A stretch of DNA of 47,798 nt from Anaerolineae bacterium (GTDB taxonomy: Bacteria; Chloroflexota; Anaerolineae; Anaerolineales; UBA11858): positions 1,385-49,182 of the forward strand of contig JACNJM010000253.1 in NCBI GenBank assembly GCA_014382605.1. Direction: 5' to 3'. The notes beneath the pieces were generated by a model. It ran no database searches and was not told where the DNA came from. It saw only the letters and a program-made list of their open reading frames with translations. Below are positions 36,224 to 45,519 of the stretch, piece by piece. The stretch's first letter is position 1. Each line of letters starts with the position of its first letter. The position numbers and the translations under genes were made by a program.

Positions 36224-38542
36224 ATGGAAGCCTATTGTGTGAAGTGTAAGACAAAACGCGAAATTGGCAGCCCGGAAGCTGTTTTTACAGCATCGGGGAC
36301 CCCAGCGACACGCGGCGTTTGTTTGGAATGTACTACCGGCCTGTACCGGATGGGACGCACACCGGCGCATGAAGGTCTGACGCCGCCTGAAGTTACCAGG
36401 CGACCGCGTAAGAAAAAAGAAGTCAAGCGTTCCGGGAAGTTGGTGATTGTTGAGTCGCCTGCCAAAGCGAAAACAGTGGGGCGTTATTTGGGCAAGGGGT
36501 ATAAAGTGCGCGCTTCAGTAGGCCACGTGCGCGATTTGCTGCGCTCACAGCTCTCGGTGGATGTCGAGAACGATTTCATGCCGAAATACCGTGTTCCCAA
36601 CGAAAAGCGCGATGTGGTCAAAGAGTTAAAAGTTTTGGCAAATCAGGCTGAAGAAATTTATTTGGCGACCGATCTCGACCGGGAAGGCGAAGCGATTGCC
36701 TGGCATTTGATGGAATCGGCTGAAATTGAACCGGAGCGCACCCGGCGGGTGGTTTTTCATGAAATCACGCGCCCGGCGATTGAAGAAGCATTTACTCATC
36801 CGCGTGCGCTGGATATGGATTTGGTCAACGCCCAACAGGGGCGCCGCATTTTAGATCGTCTGGTGGGGTACAGTATTAGCCCGTTGCTGTGGCAAAAAGT
36901 GCGCGGCCGTCTTTCGGCGGGGCGTGTGCAATCGGTGGCTTTGCGGTTGATTGTGGAGCGCGAGCGCGAAATTGATGCCTTTATCCCGGTAGAATACTGG
37001 ACGATTGCGGCAGAATTTTCTCCGAATGGCGATAAAGAAAAATTCATCGCCAAGCTGGTGCGGGTTAATGGTGAAGAGCCAAGTTTATCCATCGAAGCCG
37101 ATGTTATTCCACTGCTGGTGGATATGGAGCGGGCCAAATATGCCGTCAGCAAAACCAAAAAGGGCACCCGTCGTCGTAATCCACAGGCGCCGTTTACCAC
37201 CAGCACCATGCAGCAAGATGCCTCCCGCCGATTAAGTTTTACCGCGCGGCGCACCATGCGAATAGCCCAGCAATTATACGAGGGCGTGGATGTGGGCGAT
37301 GGCGGACAGACAGGTTTGATTACCTATATGCGTACGGATTCCACCAATATCTCTGCGGTGGCACAGGCTGAAGCGCGCAAATTTATCGTTGGGCAATATG
37401 GCGAAAAATATGCTCCAAAAGAAACGCCTGAATATCGAACCAAAGCCCGCCGGGCGCAAGAAGCACACGAAGCTGTGCGCCCAACTTCAGCGTATCGCAC
37501 GCCGAAAGCTATCAAGAGTTTTTTGACGCGTGATCAGTACCGGCTGTATCAACTGATTTGGCAGCGCTTTGTAGCATCTCAAATGACCCCGGCCGTTTAT
37601 AATACGATCTCGGTAGAGATTGAAGGGTCTGAAGTAAAAAATACTTATTTGCTGCGTGCATCTGGTTCTACAATTAAGTTCCCGGGCTTTTTGGTGGTCT
37701 ATAAAGAACTTAAGCAGGAAGATGATGCAGATATGCTTGTTCCTACAGATTTAACCGTCGGGCAGTTATTAAAACTCCTTCGTTTAATCCCTGAACAGCA
37801 TTTCACCCAGCCGCCGCCCCGTTTTTCAGATGCGTCTCTGGTTAAGGAACTGGAAGAGAACGGGATTGGCCGACCATCAACCTACGCGCCCACACTTTCC
37901 ACGTTGCAAAACCGCGGCTATATTATCCGCGAGCAACGGCGCTTGTTCCCGACAGAAACTGGCGAATTGGTTAATGATCTGCTTGTCGAGCATTTTTCCA
38001 ATATTGTCGATGTGAGTTTCACGGCGGAGATGGAAGAAAACCTGGATCAGGTTGCAGATGGCAAACAGACCTGGGTGGATGTGATTCGCGATTTTTACAC
38101 CCCCTTTGAGAAGCAACTTGAACTCGCCAAAGAACAAATGCCAGATGTGAATACCGGCCCTGAACCCATTGGGCGCGCCTGTCCGGAATGTTCGCAAGAA
38201 CTGGTCATCCGTTGGGGGCGGCATGGTAAATTCATTGGTTGTAGCAATTTCCCGACGTGTCGTTACACAGAGCCCTGGTTGGAAAAAATTGGTGTGTTCT
38301 GTCCGGATGACGGCGGCGACCTTGTTATTCGAAAAACACGCCGGGGTCGTATTTTCTATGGTTGTTCCAACTATCCAGAGTGTGAATTCTCATCCTGGAA
38401 GCGACCGCTGCCGGTGCCATGTCCCAAATGTGGCGGTTTGCTGGTTGCCAATAACAAACATCAGGTTGCCTGTATAAAATGCGAAGAAGTATTTATGCGC
38501 GATGCTGTCATCCCGGATGAGCTTTCAGAAGACGCTGAGTAG
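36224..38542 (+). CDS. topA: DNA topoisomerase I (type IA) with N-terminal CxxC..CxxC extension and C-terminal Zn ribbons
   Basis: LVIVESPAKA, ATDLDREGEAIAWH, SAGRVQS, ITYMRTDS, QEAHEAVRPT, GIGRPSTYA. Confidence 0.96.
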   Translation: MEAYCVKCKTKREIGSPEAVFTASGTPATRGVCLECTTGLYRMGRTPAHEGLTPPEVTRRPRKKKEVKRSGKLVIVESPAKAKTVGRYLGKGYKVRASVGHVRDLLRSQLSVDVENDFMPKYRVPNEKRDVVKELKVLANQAEEIYLATDLDREGEAIAWHLMESAEIEPERTRRVVFHEITRPAIEEAFTHPRALDMDLVNAQQGRRILDRLVGYSISPLLWQKVRGRLSAGRVQSVALRLIVEREREIDAFIPVEYWTIAAEFSPNGDKEKFIAKLVRVNGEEPSLSIEADVIPLLVDMERAKYAVSKTKKGTRRRNPQAPFTTSTMQQDASRRLSFTARRTMRIAQQLYEGVDVGDGGQTGLITYMRTDSTNISAVAQAEARKFIVGQYGEKYAPKETPEYRTKARRAQEAHEAVRPTSAYRTPKAIKSFLTRDQYRLYQLIWQRFVASQMTPAVYNTISVEIEGSEVKNTYLLRASGSTIKFPGFLVVYKELKQEDDADMLVPTDLTVGQLLKLLRLIPEQHFTQPPPRFSDASLVKELEENGIGRPSTYAPTLSTLQNRGYIIREQRRLFPTETGELVNDLLVEHFSNIVDVSFTAEMEENLDQVADGKQTWVDVIRDFYTPFEKQLELAKEQMPDVNTGPEPIGRACPECSQELVIRWGRHGKFIGCSNFPTCRYTEPWLEKIGVFCPDDGGDLVIRKTRRGRIFYGCSNYPECEFSSWKRPLPVPCPKCGGLLVANNKHQVACIKCEEVFMRDAVIPDELSEDAE

Positions 38543-38698
38543 CCTGGCATAAGGCTTGCAACAGACTAAAAGTTGTTCGTAACGTGAACTTGTGAGGGAT
38601 TGCATGTTTTCCCTCTCTCGTCTACAATACTGGAAGATGTGATCAGCGAGTAGGCAGCAGGTTTTGGCTGAGCGAGCTAGAAAAAATGGAGAGAAGCG

Positions 38699-39760
38699 AT
38701 GGAATTCATTCGTGAGAAATTTAATAATCCCCTCGTGGCTGGCTTAGTCGGCCTGGGCGTCGGATTATTCATCGGTTGGTTTATTATCGGGTGGGGGATT
38801 TGGCCTGTGAAGTGGGTCGATGGTTCCCCGGCAGATTTGCATCCAACGTATCGTGATGATTATTTGCACATGGCGATCGACTCGTATGCGCTATTCCCTG
38901 ATGAAGATATCGCGCGCCAACGGTGGGAATATCTTGGCGAAACAGCCGATGAAACCCTGACCAGTGTTGCGGCAAGCCCTGGCGCATATCCAGAAAATGT
39001 CCAGAAATTCAGCGAGGTCATTACGGGTGCGGCTGTAGCGCCTGTAGTGCCTGCAGAAGAAACCCTGTCCGGAGAAATCGCGCCCGAAGAAATACCAACT
39101 GAAACTACCGATACGGGCGAACCAGCTTCCGGGGGCATTAACTTTACACCGATCCTGGTGATGTGCGGCGTTGTTTCGCTCTTGGCAGTTGGAGTGGTTG
39201 GCTATTTATATATATCCCGGCAGCGCGGCTTATCTTCAGAGTCAGAATTTATGTCACCGATTGCACAGGCCCAGGAAATTTCTCGCAACTCTGAACCAAC
39301 CGATTTTTCTGCACGGGGTGAGGTGCCGCCGATGGTCCAGTTTATGACCACCTATATGCTCGGCGATGATCTCTTCGATGACTCATTCAGCATCGACTCG
39401 CCCACCGGCGAATTTCTCGGGGAGTGCGGTGTAGGCATCTCGGAGGCGATTGGCATTGGCGAGCCGAAGAAAGTTGCCGCATATGAAATCTGGCTTTTTG
39501 ACAAGAATGATATTCAAACGGTAACCAAAGTTCTGATGAGCCGCCATGCTTATAACGACAATACTCTGCGCGAGCGGCTGCAAACCAAAGGCGAACCTTT
39601 CCCTGCGGACCCCGGCTCGGAGATGATCCTCGAGACGGCCACGCTGCGTCTGGTGGCTCGAGTGGTGGATATGGCCTACGGCAGCGATGGGGATGGACTG
39701 CCTCAGGGGAGTTTCTTCGAACGTTTGACGCTGGAACTCGCCGTTTGGCAAAAAATTTAA
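38699..39760 (+). CDS. Hypothetical membrane protein (two TM segments, acidic linker, C-terminal beta-rich domain)
   Basis: RBS ggag; hydrophobic segments near residues 12-35 and 150-172; DLFDDSFSID...EFLGECGVGI domain. Confidence 0.75.
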   Translation: MEFIREKFNNPLVAGLVGLGVGLFIGWFIIGWGIWPVKWVDGSPADLHPTYRDDYLHMAIDSYALFPDEDIARQRWEYLGETADETLTSVAASPGAYPENVQKFSEVITGAAVAPVVPAEETLSGEIAPEEIPTETTDTGEPASGGINFTPILVMCGVVSLLAVGVVGYLYISRQRGLSSESEFMSPIAQAQEISRNSEPTDFSARGEVPPMVQFMTTYMLGDDLFDDSFSIDSPTGEFLGECGVGISEAIGIGEPKKVAAYEIWLFDKNDIQTVTKVLMSRHAYNDNTLRERLQTKGEPFPADPGSEMILETATLRLVARVVDMAYGSDGDGLPQGSFFERLTLELAVWQKI

Positions 39761-39796
39761 CCCAATAGGGGCGCAAAACCCCTGGAAAAGAGAATC

Positions 39797-39837
39797 AAAC
39801 AACCCCTGGCCGGGTACAAGTTGCCAGGGGTTGTTTT
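39797..39837. terminator. Terminator between convergent genes
   Basis: aaacaacccctggc...gccaggggttgtttt. Confidence 0.75.
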
Positions 39838-39856
39838 CATATCCCTTAGGTGGGGG

Positions 39857-40318
39857 TTACTCAATTTTTAGAATTTTGAAGTTAATCTTCCCCCCCGGGG
39901 TTTCTACTTGAATCGTGTCGCCAACTTTTTTGCTCAGCAACGCACGGCCAATCGGCGATTCGTTGGAAATCCGCCCATTGCCAGGGTCCGCCTCCTGACT
40001 GCCGACCAGGTGATAGACCTCCTCCGGAAAATCATCTTCCTGAATAGTCACCTTTGCTCCAATCGAGACAATATCGTAGCCCCCTTTCGTTTCTATGATT
40101 TCTGCATTGGCAAGAATATACTCAATTTCCTGAATGCGTCCTTCCATAAAACCCTGCTCTTCTTTTGTGGCAACATATTCGGCATTTTCTGATAAGTCGC
40201 CCATTTCAATGGCAGATTTGAGGCGACGCGCAATTTCGGGGCGCTTGATCGTAATTAAGCGCTCAAGTTCGGTTTGCAATTCTTGTTTGCCTGCTTTGGT
40301 CAGATATTGTGTACTCAT
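39857..40318 (-). CDS. greA: Transcription elongation factor GreA
   Basis: GDLSENAEY, ISNESPIGRALL. Confidence 0.96.
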   Translation of the reverse strand: MSTQYLTKAGKQELQTELERLITIKRPEIARRLKSAIEMGDLSENAEYVATKEEQGFMEGRIQEIEYILANAEIIETKGGYDIVSIGAKVTIQEDDFPEEVYHLVGSQEADPGNGRISNESPIGRALLSKKVGDTIQVETPGGKINFKILKIE

Positions 40319-40359
40319 AGGTTATGTCTTTCGGGGTTGAACCAGGGCTGGTAAATTTT

Positions 40360-41511
40360 TTAGGGCCTTACTGTAGGGTCGTAGAGCTTGGTATGCTCTT
40401 CGATGGCATAGCGGTCTGTCATGCCAGCAATATAGTCGCAAATTGTGCGTTCGAGACCAACAGGCGCGATTTGCTGTTGGATATGATTCGGCATCATGGC
40501 AGATTCTTGTTCGTAGGCTACGAATATCTCCCGGATAACACGTTCGGCTTTGGCTTGCATGCGCAACACGCGCGGGTGCCGATAAAGATTATTGTATAGA
40601 AAATCTTTCAGCTCACGATTGCGGCGGCGCATATCATCGCTGAAACTGGCGACGTTATAGTCTAACGTTTGTACTTCTTCAACTGATTGTACTCCGCTTT
40701 CGTTAAGTCGTTGTGTAGTGTACTTGACCATATCGCTCACCGCCAGGCCGATCAATCGCCGGATAAGGCGGTGGCGAATAAGATCATCGAAGGGGTTGGT
40801 GCGCGCTTCAATACTCTCTAGAATAATCTCCCATAGCGTAATCCCCTCTAACATCGCTGGTGTGATCATCCCTGAGCGCAGCCCATCGTCGAGATCGTGC
40901 GAAGTGTAGGCGAGTTCATCCGCAATATTGGCGATTTGAGCTTCGAGATGACCACGCAAGGCGGGGTTGTAATTCGACGCGTCTGCGATATCATATTCGG
41001 TTTCATGTTTTACAATCCCCTCGCGCGTCTCCCAGGTTAGATTTAGCCCCGAGAATTCAGGGTAGCGTTTTTCAAGTTCGGTGACGATACGCAATGATTG
41101 TTTGTTATGGTCAAACCCACCGTGATCTTTCATCAGTCGGTTCAAAATTTCTTCACCTGAATGCCCAAAGGGGGAGTGCCCCAAATCATGTGCCAGGCAG
41201 ATGGCTTCAACCAGGTCTTCATTGGCGCCCAGAGCACGGGCAATGGAGCGCCCAATTTGTGCCACTTCGAGAGTATGCGTCAGGCGCGTGCGGTAATAAT
41301 CTCCCTCTGAGATAATGAAGACTTGAGTTTTATACTCCAGCCGACGGAAAGCAGTCGTATGCAAAATTCGCTCGCGATCACGCTGAAAGGCAGTACGGTA
41401 GTCGGGTTCTGCTTCCGGGCAGTCGCGCCCCTTGGAATCTTTGCTGCAGATGCCATAAGGAGCTAGCGTTTGTTCTTCAAATGCTTCAAGTTGCTGACGC
41501 GTGTACAACAT
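40360..41511 (-). CDS. dgt: Deoxyguanosinetriphosphate triphosphohydrolase
   Basis: FQRDRERI, FRRLEYKTQV, RTRLTHTLEV, HDLGHSPFGHSGE, DYIAGMTDRYA. Confidence 0.93.
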   Translation of the reverse strand: MLYTRQQLEAFEEQTLAPYGICSKDSKGRDCPEAEPDYRTAFQRDRERILHTTAFRRLEYKTQVFIISEGDYYRTRLTHTLEVAQIGRSIARALGANEDLVEAICLAHDLGHSPFGHSGEEILNRLMKDHGGFDHNKQSLRIVTELEKRYPEFSGLNLTWETREGIVKHETEYDIADASNYNPALRGHLEAQIANIADELAYTSHDLDDGLRSGMITPAMLEGITLWEIILESIEARTNPFDDLIRHRLIRRLIGLAVSDMVKYTTQRLNESGVQSVEEVQTLDYNVASFSDDMRRRNRELKDFLYNNLYRHPRVLRMQAKAERVIREIFVAYEQESAMMPNHIQQQIAPVGLERTICDYIAGMTDRYAIEEHTKLYDPTVRP

Positions 41512-41552
41512 ATTTACCTTCTATCTGTGGGTTAAACCAGGTGAAAAAACTT

Positions 41553-41597
41553 GAAAAAGTTGTGTGGGAGCGCAGCGCGCTCCCACACAACTTTTTC
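41553..41597. terminator. 21-bp perfect hairpin between the dynamin-like gene and dgt
   Basis: gaaaaagttgtgtgggagcgc-agc-gcgctcccacacaactttttc. Confidence 0.65.
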
Positions 41598-41652
41598 CAA
41601 TGGTATCAAGTCTAATCGAGTGCCATAGAACTGTCAACTTGAGGGCAGATCG

Positions 41653-43380
41653 CTACAGATCAACGATCTGTGTTTGTAAACGGCTCAATCCGTTCTGGAT
41701 TGTCTGTAATGTTTCTTGTACGTCTGTATTTTTGTTGCGCTCCGCTCTTACAAAACGAGTATAAGGGGCTACGGTGTCGTTGATATGCTGGAGGCTGCGT
41801 TCAATTTCTTTGTCGAAATGACCTCGCAGGGCTTTGGTCAGTTGATGGCGCATCTCTGCTACTTTGGCGCGCATCTCTTTTTTGGCTTTGTTGCGCCGGG
41901 CGGGGATGATGAATAATCCTAACGCGGCCACCAACCCGGCCAGCAGAATACCAGTCACGTCCGCAGCTAAAGTTGTTGCAATCGCCGCAATTACAGCGCC
42001 CAGGCCAACCGCTCCAATTTGTAACGCAGCCGTTGCCGCCACCGCGTTTTGCGCGCCTTGCGCCATGTGTTGAGCTTCTTTAGCCTTATCGTATGAATCT
42101 ACCACCCGGCGCGCTTCTTGACCAATGCCTTCGATCAACCGTTCTCGGTCGTAATGGAAATTGCCCGCGCCATCGCCGCCAACAATACGATCTTTGTGCT
42201 TGCGCCGACGGTCAGCAATATGCTCGGTGACGGCTTGCCACTGGCGCAGGTCGGCATCAACGCTCCAGTCGATCATCTCGGCAACTTTTTTCTCAATGCG
42301 CTGTGGCACATCGCCGACAACCTGCACTTCAAATTCGCGCTGGATACGCTCTTTCTTGATCAAATCGAAAACGCGCCCCAGCCGTATGGTTTCATCGAAA
42401 TAGGTCTCGCCGCGTTGCTCCATCTCGTAGAGTACATTATCTACATCTGACAGGCGGAAGTCGAAATCGCGCAGCATATCGGCGCGGTATTCGTTTAGCT
42501 GCGTTTCAACATCTTCCAGCATTTGGAAATCATCTTGCAGCAATTCAATGCGTTCACTGATTGTTTTGAGGTAGCGTTCGGTGAGATGTTTGCCCACCCC
42601 CAATGGATTTAGGAATTTCAAACGCAGGCGGCTACTCTCATCCAGCGTGTCGTGAATATATTTCTCCAGTGGCTCGAAACGGCTTTCGAGCCATGAATGG
42701 GGTTCTCCCTGCTTGGCTTGCAAAGCCTTGCGCGCGCTGATCGGGTAAATATCGGGCGTGATCCCCAGCAACAGGCGCGCGTTCTCGCTCAGAAAATCCT
42801 GAATTTGGGCTAAATCATCGTCGTTCTGTAGAATATCAATTTTATTGATGATGATGACAACTTTTTTACCCCAATCGCGGATCTTCTCAAGGAATGAGCG
42901 TTCACTCTCTGTGAAAGGCCGATCCGCAGAAGTGATGAACAACACCAGATCGGAGCGGGGCACGAATTTCGAGGTAATATTCTCATGCTCACGGATAATT
43001 GCGTTTGTGCCAGGTGTATCTACAATACTGATCTCATTCAGAAAATCCACTGGCGCTGTAAGAATGTGCAGATGATCATCAATGATCTGGCGATCTTGAT
43101 CTTCCCCGTAGCGTAACACATTGACCTGGGTTGTAGTGGGAGTCACCCCTTCTTTGAGGATACGCTTCCCTAACAGGGCATTGATAAAGGCGCTTTTACC
43201 GGCGTTGAATTCGCCCACAATAACCAGCAGAAAGAAATCATCCAATTGCTGAATCGATTCTTCCAGCGCAGTCTGATCTTCGACAGGCGCGCTCATATTC
43301 GCCAGCGTCACGCGCAAATCGCGTAGTAAATTACGTTCTTCTTTTAGTAACGTATCTTGTTGCTTCGATAGAATTTGCAT
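41653..43380 (-). CDS. Bacterial dynamin-like GTPase
   Basis: G1 GEFNAGKS, G2 TPTT, G3 DTPG, G4 NKID, long helical stalk, hydrophobic paddle (GAVGLGAVIAA...LGLFIIP). Confidence 0.88.
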   Translation of the reverse strand: MQILSKQQDTLLKEERNLLRDLRVTLANMSAPVEDQTALEESIQQLDDFFLLVIVGEFNAGKSAFINALLGKRILKEGVTPTTTQVNVLRYGEDQDRQIIDDHLHILTAPVDFLNEISIVDTPGTNAIIREHENITSKFVPRSDLVLFITSADRPFTESERSFLEKIRDWGKKVVIIINKIDILQNDDDLAQIQDFLSENARLLLGITPDIYPISARKALQAKQGEPHSWLESRFEPLEKYIHDTLDESSRLRLKFLNPLGVGKHLTERYLKTISERIELLQDDFQMLEDVETQLNEYRADMLRDFDFRLSDVDNVLYEMEQRGETYFDETIRLGRVFDLIKKERIQREFEVQVVGDVPQRIEKKVAEMIDWSVDADLRQWQAVTEHIADRRRKHKDRIVGGDGAGNFHYDRERLIEGIGQEARRVVDSYDKAKEAQHMAQGAQNAVAATAALQIGAVGLGAVIAAIATTLAADVTGILLAGLVAALGLFIIPARRNKAKKEMRAKVAEMRHQLTKALRGHFDKEIERSLQHINDTVAPYTRFVRAERNKNTDVQETLQTIQNGLSRLQTQIVDL

Positions 43381-43613
43381 GTATCAACCTTTATCAATTG
43401 CATATGCTCGCTACGAAAAGGAGAGTGGAAGCATTTGCATTGCGATTACCTTGTTTAGATTTCTCGTGCACATACAGTGTAGACTCTTATGGAACTCCTG
43501 ATGGTAATTATAGCATCACCCATTTGAACCATGATATACTATTGCCGCCTAAGGATCAGGTGAATTCGTTCGTTCAACTATGCACGCACTGAAAAATTTG
43601 AGGAGTTTTCTGA

Positions 43614-43946
43614 ATGGAACTTCAAACAACATCCTATAAGCGCTGTGATGTACTCAAGGCTTCTGGCCGTATTGACAGCCAAACTGCTCCGGCGTTGGAG
43701 CAAGCGTTTAATGCCATCGTCAACGATGGCAAATCTGGTATTGTTTTTGATATGTCTGCGGTTGATTTTATATCCAGCCGTGGTTTGTGGGTACTGCTCG
43801 AAACGCAGAAAGCCTGTAAAAAAGAAGGCGGCAAATTGGTCCTGGTTAATGTGGCAGAAGAAATGAAGGAATCTCTCGATTTGGCTGGTGTGAAACATTT
43901 TGTCGAAATCTACGCTGATCTCATAACTGCGGTTGGTAGTTTTTAG
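43614..43946 (+). CDS. STAS-domain anti-sigma factor antagonist
   Basis: GRIDSQTAP, DMSAVDFISSRGL (phosphoacceptor Ser region), LDLAG. Confidence 0.9.
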   Translation: MELQTTSYKRCDVLKASGRIDSQTAPALEQAFNAIVNDGKSGIVFDMSAVDFISSRGLWVLLETQKACKKEGGKLVLVNVAEEMKESLDLAGVKHFVEIYADLITAVGSF

Positions 43947-43966
43947 TCAATCGCAGTGCTTGAATC

Positions 43967-44003
43967 AAAGGGCGGGGATGCAAGCTTGCGCCTCGCTCTT
44001 TTT
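43967..44003 (+). terminator. Terminator-like hairpin between the STAS and RsbW-like genes
   Basis: aaagggcggggatgc...gcgcctcgctc-ttttt. Confidence 0.55.
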
Positions 44004-44029
44004 ATTCCCAGTAGCAGGTAATCTTCCCG

Positions 44030-44449
44030 ATGCCAACGCGCAAATTTATCGGGCGATACGAGAATCTGGCTGCGATTGGTAAATTCGTCAGCCGGATAGC
44101 CCAAAAAGCAGGCTTTGACGCGGCTCAGGTCTATGCTGTGCAATTGGCCGTGGATGAGGCCTGTACCAATATTATTGAGCATGGCTATGGCGGCGAAGGA
44201 TTGGGTGAAATCGAGTGCGCCTGTGATATTACACCCGGTGGTGTGACGGTTCAACTGCGCGATTGGAGCGCAGGTTTTAACCCTGAAGATATTCCATCCC
44301 CGAATTATACTGTGCCGCTGGAGCAATTGAAGCCACGCGGCGCTGGCTTATATTTGATGCGCCAGATGATGGATGATGTGCAGTTTAGCTTCGATCCAGT
44401 TCGAGGGAATCTGCTAACGATGAAAAAGCGCAAAACTGATTCGAGCTAG
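44030..44449 (+). CDS. RsbW/SpoIIAB-like anti-sigma factor Ser kinase
   Basis: LAVDEACTNIIEHGY (N box), RGAGLYLMRQMMD (G2); the usual DxG box reads DWS. Confidence 0.88.
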   Translation: MPTRKFIGRYENLAAIGKFVSRIAQKAGFDAAQVYAVQLAVDEACTNIIEHGYGGEGLGEIECACDITPGGVTVQLRDWSAGFNPEDIPSPNYTVPLEQLKPRGAGLYLMRQMMDDVQFSFDPVRGNLLTMKKRKTDSS

Positions 44450-45519
44450 AGCCAATCGCCCAATTGGGGGTATTCAACTTTTGCCATTATCCACAGGCGT
44501 GTTGATACATACAAAAGCACCATCAATGCCAGCAGCATTGCCGTGGCCGTGCCTACTGAAAAAATACCATAATGCCCTTGCCATGTGTGCCCCGTAACCG
44601 CGCCGAAAGAATAGAATAAACGATACCCAATCAGATGATGCAGAATGTACAGGAAGAGCGTTTCCTTTCCCAGTGCCCTCAACCAATCGCTTGATTTTAA
44701 ACCCCAGTCAATGCTCGATAGAAAATACAGTATTGCGCTACCCCACGCAATTATGGCTAAGTTGAAGAAGATATGCGCGGTAAATGGATAGCGATAACCC
44801 CAATCCAATGGAATTAGCGCCGCGGCGACCGCCAACCCCAGGCCGGTTGGCAGCATTAGCAAGGACATGCGGTTTAACCGAGCGGGTTGATCTTGCCAAT
44901 CGAGCAATCTTCGCCCCCAAAGGATGCCTACCGGGATGAAAAACAGCCAGGGCAAAAGCGGGAAATAAGCAATCGGGGGATTGCCATTTAGCATGGTTCC
45001 CATATAACCGGAGAGAGAAATAGCACCGCCATTTTGACCGATCCATAGTGCCCCGATGGTTATAAGCGCCAACACCCAATCTGCCCCCCACAAAACCAAC
45101 GGCGCGCAGATGATCATTCCCAGACCAATGCACTGCAGCACATCGAAGGCAAAAACATCTTGCCAATTATTGCCGTTGAAAAAAACAAGAAAATTGGTGA
45201 GAAACCCCCATAAAAAAACCATGCCGCCTCGTCGTACCAAAAACCAAAACGCCTGCCGGGTGGAAATATGTTGGGATGCGCGTTTAGCGCTTGCCAGCGT
45301 CATCGAAACCCCCACCAGCGCCAGAAACGTTGGCGCGGCTAATGTGCCAATAAACTCCGTTGTTCGCCCCCATGTCCCCAGATTATCAGCCTCGGTCAGC
45401 CACCAATCATAGGCGTGGTCTACGACCATGCACAATAAAGCCGCGCCGCGCAGGGCATCAAGAAAGGCGAAGCGCCGGATAGTAATTTGTATGGGCTGAT
45501 TGATTATATTTGTGGTCAT
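44446..45519 (-). CDS. Membrane acyltransferase-like protein (DUF1624 / HGSNAT-like)
   Basis: RRFAFLDALRGAALLCMVVDH, APTFLALVGVS, RRG, DVLQCIG, FPLLPW, YILH; multi-TM. Confidence 0.75.
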   Translation of the reverse strand: MTTNIINQPIQITIRRFAFLDALRGAALLCMVVDHAYDWWLTEADNLGTWGRTTEFIGTLAAPTFLALVGVSMTLASAKRASQHISTRQAFWFLVRRGGMVFLWGFLTNFLVFFNGNNWQDVFAFDVLQCIGLGMIICAPLVLWGADWVLALITIGALWIGQNGGAISLSGYMGTMLNGNPPIAYFPLLPWLFFIPVGILWGRRLLDWQDQPARLNRMSLLMLPTGLGLAVAAALIPLDWGYRYPFTAHIFFNLAIIAWGSAILYFLSSIDWGLKSSDWLRALGKETLFLYILHHLIGYRLFYSFGAVTGHTWQGHYGIFSVGTATAMLLALMVLLYVSTRLWIMAKVEYPQLGDWL

